Shown piece after piece: positions 7,987 to 16,558 of a stretch of DNA of 32,000 nucleotides (position 1 is the stretch's first letter; every line of letters begins with the position of its first letter). The notes below the pieces were generated by a model. It saw only the letters and a program-made list of their open reading frames with translations, was not told the origin of the DNA and made no database searches. Position numbers and translations under genes: made by a program. The DNA is from Patescibacteria group bacterium (GTDB lineage: Bacteria; Patescibacteriota; Patescibacteriia; 2-01-FULL-39-33), in NCBI GenBank assembly GCA_041649575.1, contig JBAZMW010000001.1, positions 210,001 through 242,000 on the forward strand, in the 5' to 3' direction.

Positions 7987-8293
7987 AACCCGCAGGCTGG
8001 AGTGCTTGCGGTGTTAGAGAACAGGGGGGGGGATGTGCTGCTAGCGGGTTAAGGTGCGCGGTGATCCGGAGGTGGGAGGGGGAACTTCGGGTGATTTGAT
8101 TTGAAGCCCGAGGAGTCCGTGTTAGAAATGTGCTGGCCGACAACTTTGACCGCGTTGCCGACTTCCTGGTAACAGCCCAGGGCGAAGTTATGAGGAAGAA
8201 GAGGGGCGTTAGGGTTAGGATCAGTCCCAAAAACAGAGCCATCACGCAACCTTTGGGGGGAGGCCCTAGTGGCGTTTCATTGGTGTTTTCCAT
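7949..8293 (-). CDS. Orphan small membrane protein; 3' end uncertain because of a 9-G run
   Basis: AAGGAG Shine-Dalgarno 7 nt before ATG (ccacAAGGAGactgatcATG), upstream promoter 8335-8362, one hydrophobic helix (VMALFLGLILTLTPLFFLI). Confidence 0.5.
   Translation of the reverse strand: MENTNETPLGPPPKGCVMALFLGLILTLTPLFFLITSPWAVTRKSATRSKLSASTFLTRTPRASNQITRSSPSHLRITAHLNPLAAHPPPCSLTPQALQPAGFNFQYPKNFQSL
7986..8013 (-). terminator. Possible terminator for the minus-strand unit converging on uvrB
   Basis: On the minus strand: CCGCAAGCACTCCAGCCTGCGGGTTTTAATTTTC (5-7 bp stem with one mismatch). Confidence 0.45.
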
Positions 8294-8334
8294 GATCAGT
8301 CTCCTTGTGGGGTTAATGTACGCATTGATAGTTA

Positions 8335-8362
8335 ATTATATTGTTTAATAGTAATTTGTCAA
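8335..8362 (-). promoter_or_regulatory. Sigma70-like promoter
   Basis: On the minus strand: TTGACA, 16 bp, TATAAT. Confidence 0.75.
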
Positions 8363-8416
8363 TAAAAAAAAGAGTCCCCGAAAACCAGTCTTCCGCGAAG
8401 ACCGGTTTTCGGGGGG
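8363..8416 (-). terminator. Strong minus-strand terminator
   Basis: On the minus strand: CCCCGAAAACCGGTCTTCGCGGAAGACTGGTTTTCGGGGACTCTTTTTTTT. Confidence 0.85.
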
Positions 8417-8430
8417 TTTGTCAACCTTGT

Positions 8431-8631
8431 CTAACTGACAAGAGCGAGCGGCTGAGCAACGGACGTACACTCATATGGATACGCCCAGCGCTTGCCAGCC
8501 AGGCCAGCAAAGTGAAGAGTCAGAAAGTCTCCTGGCTCGGCGACGACACTAGCTGTCTTGCCGTTAAGTTTGTTTCCTCCTTGAGCTGAATTGAAGATGA
8601 CGGTTCTGTTCTGGCGATGTGTTTCACTCAC
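8431..8631 (-). CDS. Orphan 66-aa protein
   Basis: GTG start with GAGGAG 8 nt upstream (ctatGAGGAGaaacagctGTG); flanked by a minus-strand promoter and terminator. MSETHRQNRTVIFNSAQGGNKLNGKTASVVAEPGDFLTLHFAGLAGKRW... Confidence 0.6.
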   Translation of the reverse strand: MSETHRQNRTVIFNSAQGGNKLNGKTASVVAEPGDFLTLHFAGLAGKRWAYPYECTSVAQPLALVS

Positions 8632-8675
8632 AGCTGTTTCTCCTCATAGTTGTTGACAGAAAATGGAGCTTCTGT

Positions 8676-8704
8676 AGTGTATTACATAATAAGAATTTTG
8701 TCAA
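8676..8704 (-). promoter_or_regulatory. Sigma70-like promoter for the 66-aa ORF
   Basis: On the minus strand: TTGACA, 17 bp, TACACT. Confidence 0.5.
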
Positions 8705-8709
8705 ATATT

Positions 8710-11403
8710 ATGCAAGAAAAAATAATTATTCGCGGTGCGCGGGTGCATAACCTGAAGAATATTTCCTTGGAAATACCGCACAATAAGTTGACGGTGATGA
8801 CCGGAGTCTCGGGAAGCGGCAAATCTTCCTTGGCTTTTGATACTATTTTTGCCGAAGGTCAAAGGCGTTATATCGAATCATTATCGCCTTACGCGCGGCA
8901 ATTTCTGGGACAGATGAAGCCGGCCGATGTGGACGAGATTATTGGTTTGGCGCCAGCCATTTCCATTGATCAAAAAGCGCTTTCTCACAATCCACGCTCC
9001 ACAGTCGGCACGCTGACCGAGATTTATGATTATTTACGCGTGCTTTATGCGCGACTAGGGGAGGTGTTTTGTCCTAAATGCGGGCACAAGATCGAAAAAT
9101 TGGCCCTGGATGAGATGTTAGACATTATTATTAATCGCGCTAAAGAGAGTAAGGCAGAGTATGTGACTATTCTATCGCCGGTAGTAATAGATAGAAAGGG
9201 AGAGTATTACCAATTGCTTTATGATTATTTAAATCTTGGTTATGGGGAGGCGCGGATTGATGGGGAGCTTCATTCTTTGCATGAAAAAGTCAAACTAGCC
9301 AGATATAAGAAACACAGTATTGAAATAGTGATTGACAAGGTGATGACTCGCCCTGTTAAATCCGGCGAAGCCGGACCATTAGAAATAGTATTTAACAGGG
9401 TAAATGATGAGGGTCGGCTGTCGGAAGCAGTGGAAAATGCCATGTCTTATAGTAAGGGGTTAGCAATAGCTGTCTTTGGCAAAGAAGAAACTTTGTTGTC
9501 AGCTAATTGGACCTGCCCCAATGACGGCTTTGCTTTTCCCGAGGTGGAACCGCGATTGTTTTCTTTCAACTCACCACACGGCGCTTGTCCGGAGTGTCAC
9601 GGCTTGGGCAGAAAAGAAAAGTGGGTTTTAAGGCAAAAAGAAAGTGAAGATGATGATAATGAAAATAAATATGAATATCAAGTGGAAGAGTGTGCTGTTT
9701 GCCAAGGTAAACGGTTGAAGCCGGAAGCTTTGTCGGTTAAGGTAAATGATAAAAATATTAATGAGGTTTGCCTGTTACCCTTAGATAAGGCGGCTAAGTT
9801 TTTTGAAAGTTATTATAATAAAATGACCGAGCGACAGAAAACTATTGCCGAGGATGTGGTGATGGAGATTAGTCAGCGCTTGGATTTTTTGCTTAAGGTC
9901 GGGTTGAATTATTTATCGTTAAGCCGGGAGGCGGAGACGCTCTCGGGCGGCGAGGCGCAAAGGATTCGTCTGTCTAGTCAGATAGGCTCGCATTTGTCGC
10001 ATACTCTATATGTTCTTGACGAGCCGACTATCGGCTTGCATGAGCGTGACACAGACAGATTAATTGAAACCCTAAAGTCGTTGCGAGACCAAAACAATAC
10101 GGTAATTGTAGTGGAGCACGACGAGCGGACTATTCTGGCCTCTGATTATTTGGTCGATTTGGGACCGCTGGCCGGACGGCACGGTGGTGAAGTGACGGCC
10201 ATAGGAGAGACTAAAAAACTTCTCTCTGGTGTCATTGCGAGGAGCGAAGCGACGAAGCAATCTCGTGGCAAAGAGAATGGGATTGCCACCAGTCTCGCCG
10301 AGCCAAGGCGGACGCTCCCTGTGGTCGCTCGCAATGACAGTTTAACATTGCAATATCTGCGTGGCGATAAAAAAATCGATTTAGACAGAACCAGGCGGCA
10401 CAAAGACAGCGAGGCGATAAAAATTATTGGCGCTCGAGCAAATAATTTGAAGAATATTAATGTCGATATACCACTGCGAAAATTGGTGGTGATTACCGGC
10501 GTATCTGGTAGCGGTAAGTCGTCTTTGCTTTATGATGTTTTGTATAATAATGTGGTTAAAATCAAGCATGGTTTTCGTAAAGATTTAGTTGAGGTGGCCA
10601 AAATTTTGGGCACGGAATATGTTAATAAAATCGTGATTGTGAATCAGTCGCCCATCGGCCGCACGCCGCGTTCTAATCCGGCCACTTACACAGGAATTTT
10701 TACGCCCATCAGGGAGTTTTTCAGCCAGTTACCCGAAGCCAGAGAGCGTGGCTATACGCTCTCCAGATTTTCTTTCAATCGTCCAGGCGGCCGTTGCGAG
10801 TCTTGCGATGGAGCTGGTTTTAATTTGATTGAAATGCATTTTCTGCCGGCAGTGCTGGTGGAATGCGAGGTTTGCCACGGCAAGAGATTTAATCGCGAAA
10901 CATTGCAGGTGAAGTACAAAAAGAAAAACATTGCCGAGGTTTTGGATCTGACAATCGAGGAAGCCATAGGATTTTTCGACGGCCAATATTTGATCACCGA
11001 CAAACTAAAGGTTTTAGATGAAGTCGGTTTGGGATATTTGCGTTTGGGCCAATCGGCGACCACGCTTTCTGGCGGTGAGGCGCAAAGAATAAAACTAGCC
11101 AGGGAATTGACGCATACGCTCGGTTCAAAAACTTTGTATTTATTGGATGAACCGTCGGTTGGTTTGCATTATTATGATATAGAGCTGTTGCTTCAGGTTT
11201 TAAATAAATTAATTGATAGAGGAAATAGCGTGGCGCTCATCGAACATAATATGCACATTATCAAAGAAGCCGATTATATTATCGATTTGGGGCCGGAAGG
11301 CGGCGAAGGAGGCGGCAAGGTGGTGGCACAGGGCGCGCCGGAAAAAATTGTTGATAGTAAGGGGAGTCTGACGGGAGAATATTTAAAGGGGTATTTGAAA
11401 TAA
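8710..11403 (+). CDS. uvrA: Excinuclease ABC subunit A containing an in-frame repeat-encoded insert
   Basis: [23 protein letters not shown], two Walker A motifs [18 protein letters not shown] twice, CPxCG and CxxC zinc motifs. The ORF track opens at 8650 but homology begins at the ATG at 8710. Confidence 0.97.
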   Translation: MQEKIIIRGARVHNLKNISLEIPHNKLTVMTGVSGSGKSSLAFDTIFAEGQRRYIESLSPYARQFLGQMKPADVDEIIGLAPAISIDQKALSHNPRSTVGTLTEIYDYLRVLYARLGEVFCPKCGHKIEKLALDEMLDIIINRAKESKAEYVTILSPVVIDRKGEYYQLLYDYLNLGYGEARIDGELHSLHEKVKLARYKKHSIEIVIDKVMTRPVKSGEAGPLEIVFNRVNDEGRLSEAVENAMSYSKGLAIAVFGKEETLLSANWTCPNDGFAFPEVEPRLFSFNSPHGACPECHGLGRKEKWVLRQKESEDDDNENKYEYQVEECAVCQGKRLKPEALSVKVNDKNINEVCLLPLDKAAKFFESYYNKMTERQKTIAEDVVMEISQRLDFLLKVGLNYLSLSREAETLSGGEAQRIRLSSQIGSHLSHTLYVLDEPTIGLHERDTDRLIETLKSLRDQNNTVIVVEHDERTILASDYLVDLGPLAGRHGGEVTAIGETKKLLSGVIARSEATKQSRGKENGIATSLAEPRRTLPVVARNDSLTLQYLRGDKKIDLDRTRRHKDSEAIKIIGARANNLKNINVDIPLRKLVVITGVSGSGKSSLLYDVLYNNVVKIKHGFRKDLVEVAKILGTEYVNKIVIVNQSPIGRTPRSNPATYTGIFTPIREFFSQLPEARERGYTLSRFSFNRPGGRCESCDGAGFNLIEMHFLPAVLVECEVCHGKRFNRETLQVKYKKKNIAEVLDLTIEEAIGFFDGQYLITDKLKVLDEVGLGYLRLGQSATTLSGGEAQRIKLARELTHTLGSKTLYLLDEPSVGLHYYDIELLLQVLNKLIDRGNSVALIEHNMHIIKEADYIIDLGPEGGEGGGKVVAQGAPEKIVDSKGSLTGEYLKGYLK
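10230..10339. repeat. Palindromic TGTCATTGCGAG...CTCGCAATGACA repeat inside uvrA
   Basis: TGTCATTGCGAGGAGCGAAGCGACGAAGCAATC...GGTCGCTCGCAATGACA; encodes [36 protein letters not shown] in frame. Confidence 0.9.
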
Positions 11404-11423
11404 AACTGGTCTATAAAACCAAA

Positions 11424-11457
11424 CATCCCTACCTGACAAGTCAAGATAGGGATTTTT
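11424..11457 (+). terminator. uvrA terminator
   Basis: ATCCCTACCTGACAAGTCAAGATAGGGATTTTT. Confidence 0.75.
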
Positions 11458-11542
11458 GATTTCCTGTTACGGAAATCTCAGAGGTCGGGCCAGTACCTCT
11501 ATTTAGCATTTTCATGCCGGCCTTATTGTGCGTTCGCCCGCT

Positions 11543-11731
11543 CTACGACTCGAGCAGTTGGCGCAACAGTTGTTGTGCTTTTCTCTGTCTCCGCGACTTA
11601 ATAAGAGCCAAGACGACGGAAGAGGAATTAAGCACTTTAGTCTGTGGAGCTCCCTCCAATATCTCACTTTCCTCTTTTGTGAGTTCGGGTGATGTCAGTT
11701 GGAGGATCTGTTTTACAACACTCTGGTTCAT
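11543..11731 (-). CDS. Orphan 62-aa protein
   Basis: AAGGAG 7 nt before ATG (aaaAAGGAGctacgccATG), promoter at 11819-11847. MNQSVVKQILQLTSPELTKEESEILEGAPQTKVLNSSSVVLALIKSRRQRKAQQLLRQLLES. Confidence 0.6.
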   Translation of the reverse strand: MNQSVVKQILQLTSPELTKEESEILEGAPQTKVLNSSSVVLALIKSRRQRKAQQLLRQLLES

Positions 11732-11818
11732 GGCGTAGCTCCTTTTTTACACCGTTTCGGTTTAGAGTACACAAGCACTGTTGCTTGTGGGCTCAGTTGT
11801 CAGTGTTACGACTTATTT

Positions 11819-11847
11819 ATCATAGCATATAATAATATTTTTGTCAA
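11819..11847 (-). promoter_or_regulatory. Sigma70-like promoter with TGC before the -10
   Basis: On the minus strand: TTGACA, 17 bp ending TGC, TATGAT. Confidence 0.75.
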
Positions 11848-11933
11848 GTATATTTACTATTTTTATTGAAAATAGTGGTTATTTTTGGCTAAAATTATTT
11901 TAAAAAATCTATATAAATGTTAATATATATGAA

Positions 11934-13139
11934 ATGGAAAAAACGCAACTAAAATCAAAATTACAACAACAGGCCGCGAAATTACCGCTAAATCCCGGCG
12001 TGTATTTTTTTGTTGATAAAAATAACAGAAGTCTCTATATCGGCCGAGCCACTTCGCTAAAGAAACGCGTCAGTCAGTATTTTAGAAATGACTTAGATCC
12101 GAGGATCGCTGAGATGGTTCCTTTAGCAAAAAAAATTAAACATCAAAAAACAGAAACTCTGTTAGATGCAATTATTTTAGAAGCTAATTTGATTAAAAAA
12201 TATTGGCCGAAATATAATGTCAAAGATCGTGATGACCGATCATTCGTCTACGTGGTTATTCCCAAAAAAGATTTTGCCTACCCTTTGATTGTACGACAAA
12301 GGGATTTAAAAAAATTTCCGGCAGGTAAAGCAGACCCGTCTCGCCATCGGCGAGCCGAGGTAGAGATTTTTGGACCGTATCAGAACGCCACCTTATTGAA
12401 AAATGCTTTAAGAATAATTCGTCGTATTTTTCCTTATGGCACCTGCCGCCCCAACTCCGGCCACACCTGTTTTGATTATCAGGTTGGCTTGTGTCCCGGG
12501 TCGTGCCTCGGCTTAATTTCCAAAAGTGATTATAATAAAAATATCAAAAATATTTCCCTGATTTTCAATGGCAAGAAGAAACAGTTAATAAATAAATTAA
12601 AAAAAGATAAGCCGGAGGCGGTTAAGGCCTTAAAACAAATTCAAGACGTAACCTTGATAACCAAGGACGAATTAAGTGGTGATTTGTCGCAGAATCGCAT
12701 TGAGGGCTATGATATTTCCCATCTGTCGGGCAAGGAGACAGTAGGAGCGATGGCGGTGTTTGTCGGTGGCCAGCCGGATAAGGCCCAGTATCGTTTATTC
12801 AATATTAAATCAGCCGCAGCCAATGATGATTTGCGGGCCTTGGAAGAAATGGTTTCCCGCCGACTCAATCACCAGAAATGGCCTTTGCCAGATATTTTTT
12901 TAGTCGATGGCGGCCGGCCGCAGGTTGATTTCGTCCAAAAAATATTGCAGATTAGAAATATTAATCTGCCACTTATTGGCATTTCCAAGCTTGGCGGTGA
13001 TAGGCTGGTTTTTGGCCGAGGCGCCAAAAAACCGATCAGGGAGCTGGCCGAAAATCTCAAGGGGACACTGCTTGAAGTCCGTGACGAGGCGCACCGTTTT
13101 GCCAATGCGGCTAGAAGAAGAAAAACAACCATCAGATAG
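11934..13139 (+). CDS. uvrC: Excinuclease ABC subunit C, short form (401 aa)
   Basis: GIY-YIG domain (GVYFF...LYIGRA), CRPNSGHTCFDYQVGLCPGSC cysteines, RNase H-like domain (IEGYDISH, DDLRALEEMV, DIFLVDGG, DEAHRFA). No UVR motif or HhH tail seen. Confidence 0.93.
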   Translation: MEKTQLKSKLQQQAAKLPLNPGVYFFVDKNNRSLYIGRATSLKKRVSQYFRNDLDPRIAEMVPLAKKIKHQKTETLLDAIILEANLIKKYWPKYNVKDRDDRSFVYVVIPKKDFAYPLIVRQRDLKKFPAGKADPSRHRRAEVEIFGPYQNATLLKNALRIIRRIFPYGTCRPNSGHTCFDYQVGLCPGSCLGLISKSDYNKNIKNISLIFNGKKKQLINKLKKDKPEAVKALKQIQDVTLITKDELSGDLSQNRIEGYDISHLSGKETVGAMAVFVGGQPDKAQYRLFNIKSAAANDDLRALEEMVSRRLNHQKWPLPDIFLVDGGRPQVDFVQKILQIRNINLPLIGISKLGGDRLVFGRGAKKPIRELAENLKGTLLEVRDEAHRFANAARRRKTTIR

Positions 13140-13226
13140 ACTTGTTGTTGATTTTTGTTTTGTGCTATAATGAAAGCGATTAAAAAGACTATATAATTTA
13201 ATTCATAAAAAATTTAAACAAAAGCT

Positions 13227-13910
13227 ATGAAAAAACTTCTTTTTGGTTTGGTTTTGGCCTCGGCCATGGCTTTGGCGGCCGGCGGGGTCGGAGCCCAGGT
13301 ATTTAAAGGTACCAACACCAATCTTAATGCCAACATTAACGGCAATATAAATATTAACGCCGGAGCCAAAGCTCAAGCGGTCAAAGGCGCGATCGCCCTG
13401 TGTGCCAACATCGAGTCCAGGGTCAAGATGAAGATCGCCAATTATGAAGCCGGCAAAGTAAGGCATGCCAACGCTTACAATAATTTGAAGAGTCGTTTGG
13501 CGGCTTTAAATGACAAGTTGGTGGCCAAAGGGGCGGACACGACTAAGCTGCAATCAGATCTGCTCCAGCTGGATAGTAAGGTTGCTAAATTTTTGGCTGA
13601 TTATGACACTTATATCAATAAGCTGCGAGAAGGCCAGGCTTTTGTTTGCGGCAAATCGCAGGGTCAGTTTTTGGCAAAAATGAAAGAAGCTCGGGCGGCT
13701 TTGAAGGTGGTTTGGCAAGATGCCAAGGAGATTAAGGATTATTATGTCAAAACCATCAGGCCGGATTTGCAAGCCATCAGAGAACAGCTCAAAAAACAGC
13801 AGGCGGCAGCAGCGGCTAGCGCCGATATCAATGCCGAAGCGGTCAATGGACAGGTTAATTCGGAAACCACCCAAGAAGGAAACGGCGATGCGGAGAATAT
13901 TAATCAGTAA
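13227..13910 (+). CDS. Exported Asn/Ala-rich helical protein
   Basis: Signal peptide MKKLLFGLVLASAMALAAGGVGA, NTNLNANINGNININAGAK, then a long helical segment; TGCTATAAT upstream at about 13164. Confidence 0.65.
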   Translation: MKKLLFGLVLASAMALAAGGVGAQVFKGTNTNLNANINGNININAGAKAQAVKGAIALCANIESRVKMKIANYEAGKVRHANAYNNLKSRLAALNDKLVAKGADTTKLQSDLLQLDSKVAKFLADYDTYINKLREGQAFVCGKSQGQFLAKMKEARAALKVVWQDAKEIKDYYVKTIRPDLQAIREQLKKQQAAAAASADINAEAVNGQVNSETTQEGNGDAENINQ

Positions 13911-13936
13911 TTAATAATTCAAATAAATTAAAATCT

Positions 13937-14275
13937 ATGTTTAGCAATAAAAAATTTTTGAAAAGGTCTTTGTCCTTATTTAGTTTGGTGTTGATTTTGG
14001 TTTTGGCGGCTGGAATTTTGGGCGGTTGCGGCCAGAATAATGACGAGGAAGATTATGGCGCTAACATCAACGAGGAAGAAGTGGCCACTCCGGATAATAT
14101 TAATACGGAAGAAATTGATACTAATCAAAACGCGGGAGCCGACGAGACAAATCAGCCAGTGGTCGAAGAGGTTAATGTCGACGCTGAAATTAATCAACTA
14201 GACGCTTCGATTCAAGGGGTAAGTCCGGATGATTTTAAGGATGATGGCTTGTCAAACAAAGAATTAGGCATATAG
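13937..14275 (+). CDS. Small acidic putative lipoprotein
   Basis: Hydrophobic leader ending in lipobox-like LGGC, then an Asp/Glu/Asn-rich tail. Confidence 0.6.
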   Translation: MFSNKKFLKRSLSLFSLVLILVLAAGILGGCGQNNDEEDYGANINEEEVATPDNINTEEIDTNQNAGADETNQPVVEEVNVDAEINQLDASIQGVSPDDFKDDGLSNKELGI

Positions 14276-14286
14276 TTTTAAATTAA

Positions 14287-14317
14287 AAAAGCTCCCGACC
14301 AGTCTGGAGCTTTTTTA
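14287..14317 (+). terminator. Rho-independent terminator
   Basis: AAAAAGCTCCCGACCAGTCTGGAGCTTTTTT. Confidence 0.85.
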
Positions 14318-14371
14318 ATTATTGTTTAAATCTGCTATGATTAAGTTGTTTTTAGTTAAATATTTATAAAA

Positions 14372-14974
14372 ATGATGCTCACCAGAAAACGGGTAATTGA
14401 GATTATCAAATCGGGCGGTATTGGCATTATGCCCACTGATACTATTTATGGTTTGGTGGGCTTGGCTTTGGATAAGAAAGCAGTGGAAAGAATTTATCAG
14501 GTTAGGCAAAGGAAGCCGGATAGGCCGCTGATAATTTTGATCGGTTCTTTGAGTGATCTAAAATTATTCGGCGTGGACATAGATTCTAAAACAAAAGAAG
14601 TGTTGGCCACTTATTGGCCGGGAGCAGTGAGTGTGGTTTTGCCTTGCAAGTATAAAAAATTCGAATATCTGCATCGCGGCGCCAAAACCCTGGCTTTTCG
14701 CTGGCCTAAAGGCTTTGCTTTAGAAGAGACGCTTCTGAAAACCGGACCACTGGTTGCGCCCAGCGCCAATCTGGAAGGCAGGGAGCCGGCCAAAAATATT
14801 AATGAGGCCAAAAATTATTTTTTGGACAGCGTGGATTTCTATTATGGCCACAAAGATCTGGTTTCCTTGCCTTCAACTTTGATTAAAATAGAAAACGGCG
14901 AAATTCTGGTTTTGCGTCAAGGCGCGGTCGCTATAAAAAATAAACGCCCGGCCGACGTCGGAGACATCGGCTAG
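14372..14974 (+). CDS. tsaC: Sua5/YciO/YrdC-family threonylcarbamoyl-AMP synthase
   Basis: GGIGIMPTDTIYGLVGLALDKKAVERIYQVRQRKPDRPLIILI, WPGAVSVVLP, TGPLVAPSANLEG. Confidence 0.9.
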   Translation: MMLTRKRVIEIIKSGGIGIMPTDTIYGLVGLALDKKAVERIYQVRQRKPDRPLIILIGSLSDLKLFGVDIDSKTKEVLATYWPGAVSVVLPCKYKKFEYLHRGAKTLAFRWPKGFALEETLLKTGPLVAPSANLEGREPAKNINEAKNYFLDSVDFYYGHKDLVSLPSTLIKIENGEILVLRQGAVAIKNKRPADVGDIG

Positions 14975-15003
14975 GCGGTCTGGGTGCTCGTTTCACCGAG
15001 CAA

Positions 15004-15264
15004 CTAGGAGTTGGCGGTGACAACAGTCGTGTTTCTTTTCATTTCCTGGCAGACGGCGCTCACGACCTTGCTGACCGTATGAGGGACTCCTGCCTGGAGA
15101 TCGGGCCAAACCCCGAATCGCAGTTCGCCATTGACGGCCAGGGTTTCCAGTCCCATGACGATAGTCTGGTCGTTCACCTCGCCCTCCTGGGCGAAACCAT
15201 AACCCACCAGGAATTCCTCGACAAAGGCGCGAACCTCCATCTCAACGCTACTTGCGCAACACAT
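15004..15264 (-). CDS. Orphan 86-aa protein
   Basis: AGGAGG 9 nt before the start codon, minus-strand promoter at 15320-15348. MCCASSVEMEVRAFVEEFLVGYGFAQEGEVNDQTIVMGLETLAVNGELRFG... Confidence 0.55.
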   Translation of the reverse strand: MCCASSVEMEVRAFVEEFLVGYGFAQEGEVNDQTIVMGLETLAVNGELRFGVWPDLQAGVPHTVSKVVSAVCQEMKRNTTVVTANS

Positions 15265-15319
15265 GGCCTATACCCTCCTGTTGTGGTTACCACCGGTTGT
15301 CCAAAACAGCACAAGATTT

Positions 15320-15348
15320 ATTATAACAGGCATTTTTTATTTAGTCAA
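15320..15348 (-). promoter_or_regulatory. Sigma70-like promoter
   Basis: On the minus strand: TTGACT, 17 bp, TATAAT. Confidence 0.7.
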
Positions 15349-15361
15349 AGAGTAGTATAAT

Positions 15362-15390
15362 TTGTCAATAATATTTATTGTTTGTATAAT
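15362..15390 (+). promoter_or_regulatory. Sigma70-like promoter for the PfkB-family kinase
   Basis: TTGTCA, 17 bp, TATAAT; the predicted start of transcription coincides with the ATG at 15397. Confidence 0.65.
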
Positions 15391-15396
15391 AATCAT

Positions 15397-16350
15397 ATGT
15401 TGAAGCAAAATAAAAAATACGATTTGGTCGTCATTGGCGGGGCGACGCGCGATATCCTTTTCTATTCCAAAGAAGGCGAGCTGATTTCTACCAACAATAT
15501 TGCCAGGCAAAGAATGCTGGCTTTTGAATACGGCGCCAAAATATATGCCGATCGGGTGTTTACCGAATTCGGCGGCGGGGCGGTCAATGTGGCGGTCGGC
15601 GGAGCCAGGCTGGGGCTAAGGACCGCTGTGATTTGCCGCGTCGGCAATGATCAGAACGGCCGCGAGGTGATCGAGAACCTCAAAGAAAAAAAAGTGGATG
15701 TCTCTTTGGTCAAGATTGATCGCTCGGCAGTGACTGGTTTCTCGATAATTCTAACCATTAACAATCCGGCCAAAGAACACGTGGCTCTGCTTCATCGCGG
15801 CGCTAATGAAATGCTGTCGGCTAGCGATTTGGCACTGGGAAAATTAAAAACAGAATGGTTTTATCTGCCGGCTTTACCCAAGGTTGGCTGGGAAAAAATC
15901 ATGGAGGCGGTAATCAGGCAAAAAGTCAAGGTTGCCTGGAATCCGGGCCGTTATCAATTAGAAAAAATAGATAAGATAAAAAAATTTTTGCCGCAGATCA
16001 AGCTGCTTATAGTCAATCGCGACGAAGCCCTGGAATTTAGGAAGCTGAAAGAGATCAAGGGTTTGCTAAAACATATTAAAAGTCTAGGACCAGAACTGGT
16101 GGTAATAACCGACGGCGCCAAGGGAGCGTATGTTTACGACGGCAAAAAGTATTATTTTATGAAAGCGGCCAGTGTGAAAAACATCAATACGATCGGGGTG
16201 GGCGATGCTTTTGGCGCCGGCTTTACAAGCGCCCTGATCTATGGTAAGAATATTAAACAGGCTTTGAGATGGGGGATAATTAACTCGGCGGCGGTGGTCA
16301 GCAATATTGGCGCCCAAAAAGGCCTGCTGAATCTTCGGCAGATAAAATAA
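15397..16350 (+). CDS. PfkB-family carbohydrate kinase
   Basis: YDLVVIGGATRD, FGGGAVNVAVGGARLG, VGVGDAFGAGFTSAL signature near the C-terminus. The ORF track opens at TTG 15382, inside the promoter; ATG 15397 fits better. Confidence 0.88.
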   Translation: MLKQNKKYDLVVIGGATRDILFYSKEGELISTNNIARQRMLAFEYGAKIYADRVFTEFGGGAVNVAVGGARLGLRTAVICRVGNDQNGREVIENLKEKKVDVSLVKIDRSAVTGFSIILTINNPAKEHVALLHRGANEMLSASDLALGKLKTEWFYLPALPKVGWEKIMEAVIRQKVKVAWNPGRYQLEKIDKIKKFLPQIKLLIVNRDEALEFRKLKEIKGLLKHIKSLGPELVVITDGAKGAYVYDGKKYYFMKAASVKNINTIGVGDAFGAGFTSALIYGKNIKQALRWGIINSAAVVSNIGAQKGLLNLRQIK

Positions 16351-16453
16351 AATAACGGTCCGAAAACAGGGAACCCGACCGTGCCGACAGGCAGGGTAGG
16401 CAGAGGTGAACGGGCTTAAATAAAATTTGGGTCTGTTTTTATTTTACTTTTAA

Positions 16454-16535
16454 TGTCATCGCGAGGGAGTGAAACGACCGTGGCGATCCCGCGGGATTGC
16501 TTCGCTGCGCCCTTTGGGCTTCGCTCGCAATGACA
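16454..16535. repeat. Intergenic TGTCAT.GCGAG palindromic repeat
   Basis: TGTCATCGCGAGGGAGTGAAACGACC...GGCTTCGCTCGCAATGACA. Confidence 0.8.
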
Positions 16536-16558
16536 TTAATAAATAATTATCAAAAATT

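Noticed and set aside
8130-8348. 72-aa plus-strand ORF MLADNFDRVADFL...
   Set aside because: Opposite the minus-strand orphan that has both SD and promoter; no comparable signals on the plus strand.
13720-13914. 64-aa plus ORF overlapping the exported helical protein
   Set aside because: Alternate frame of a better supported gene, with no independent start signals.
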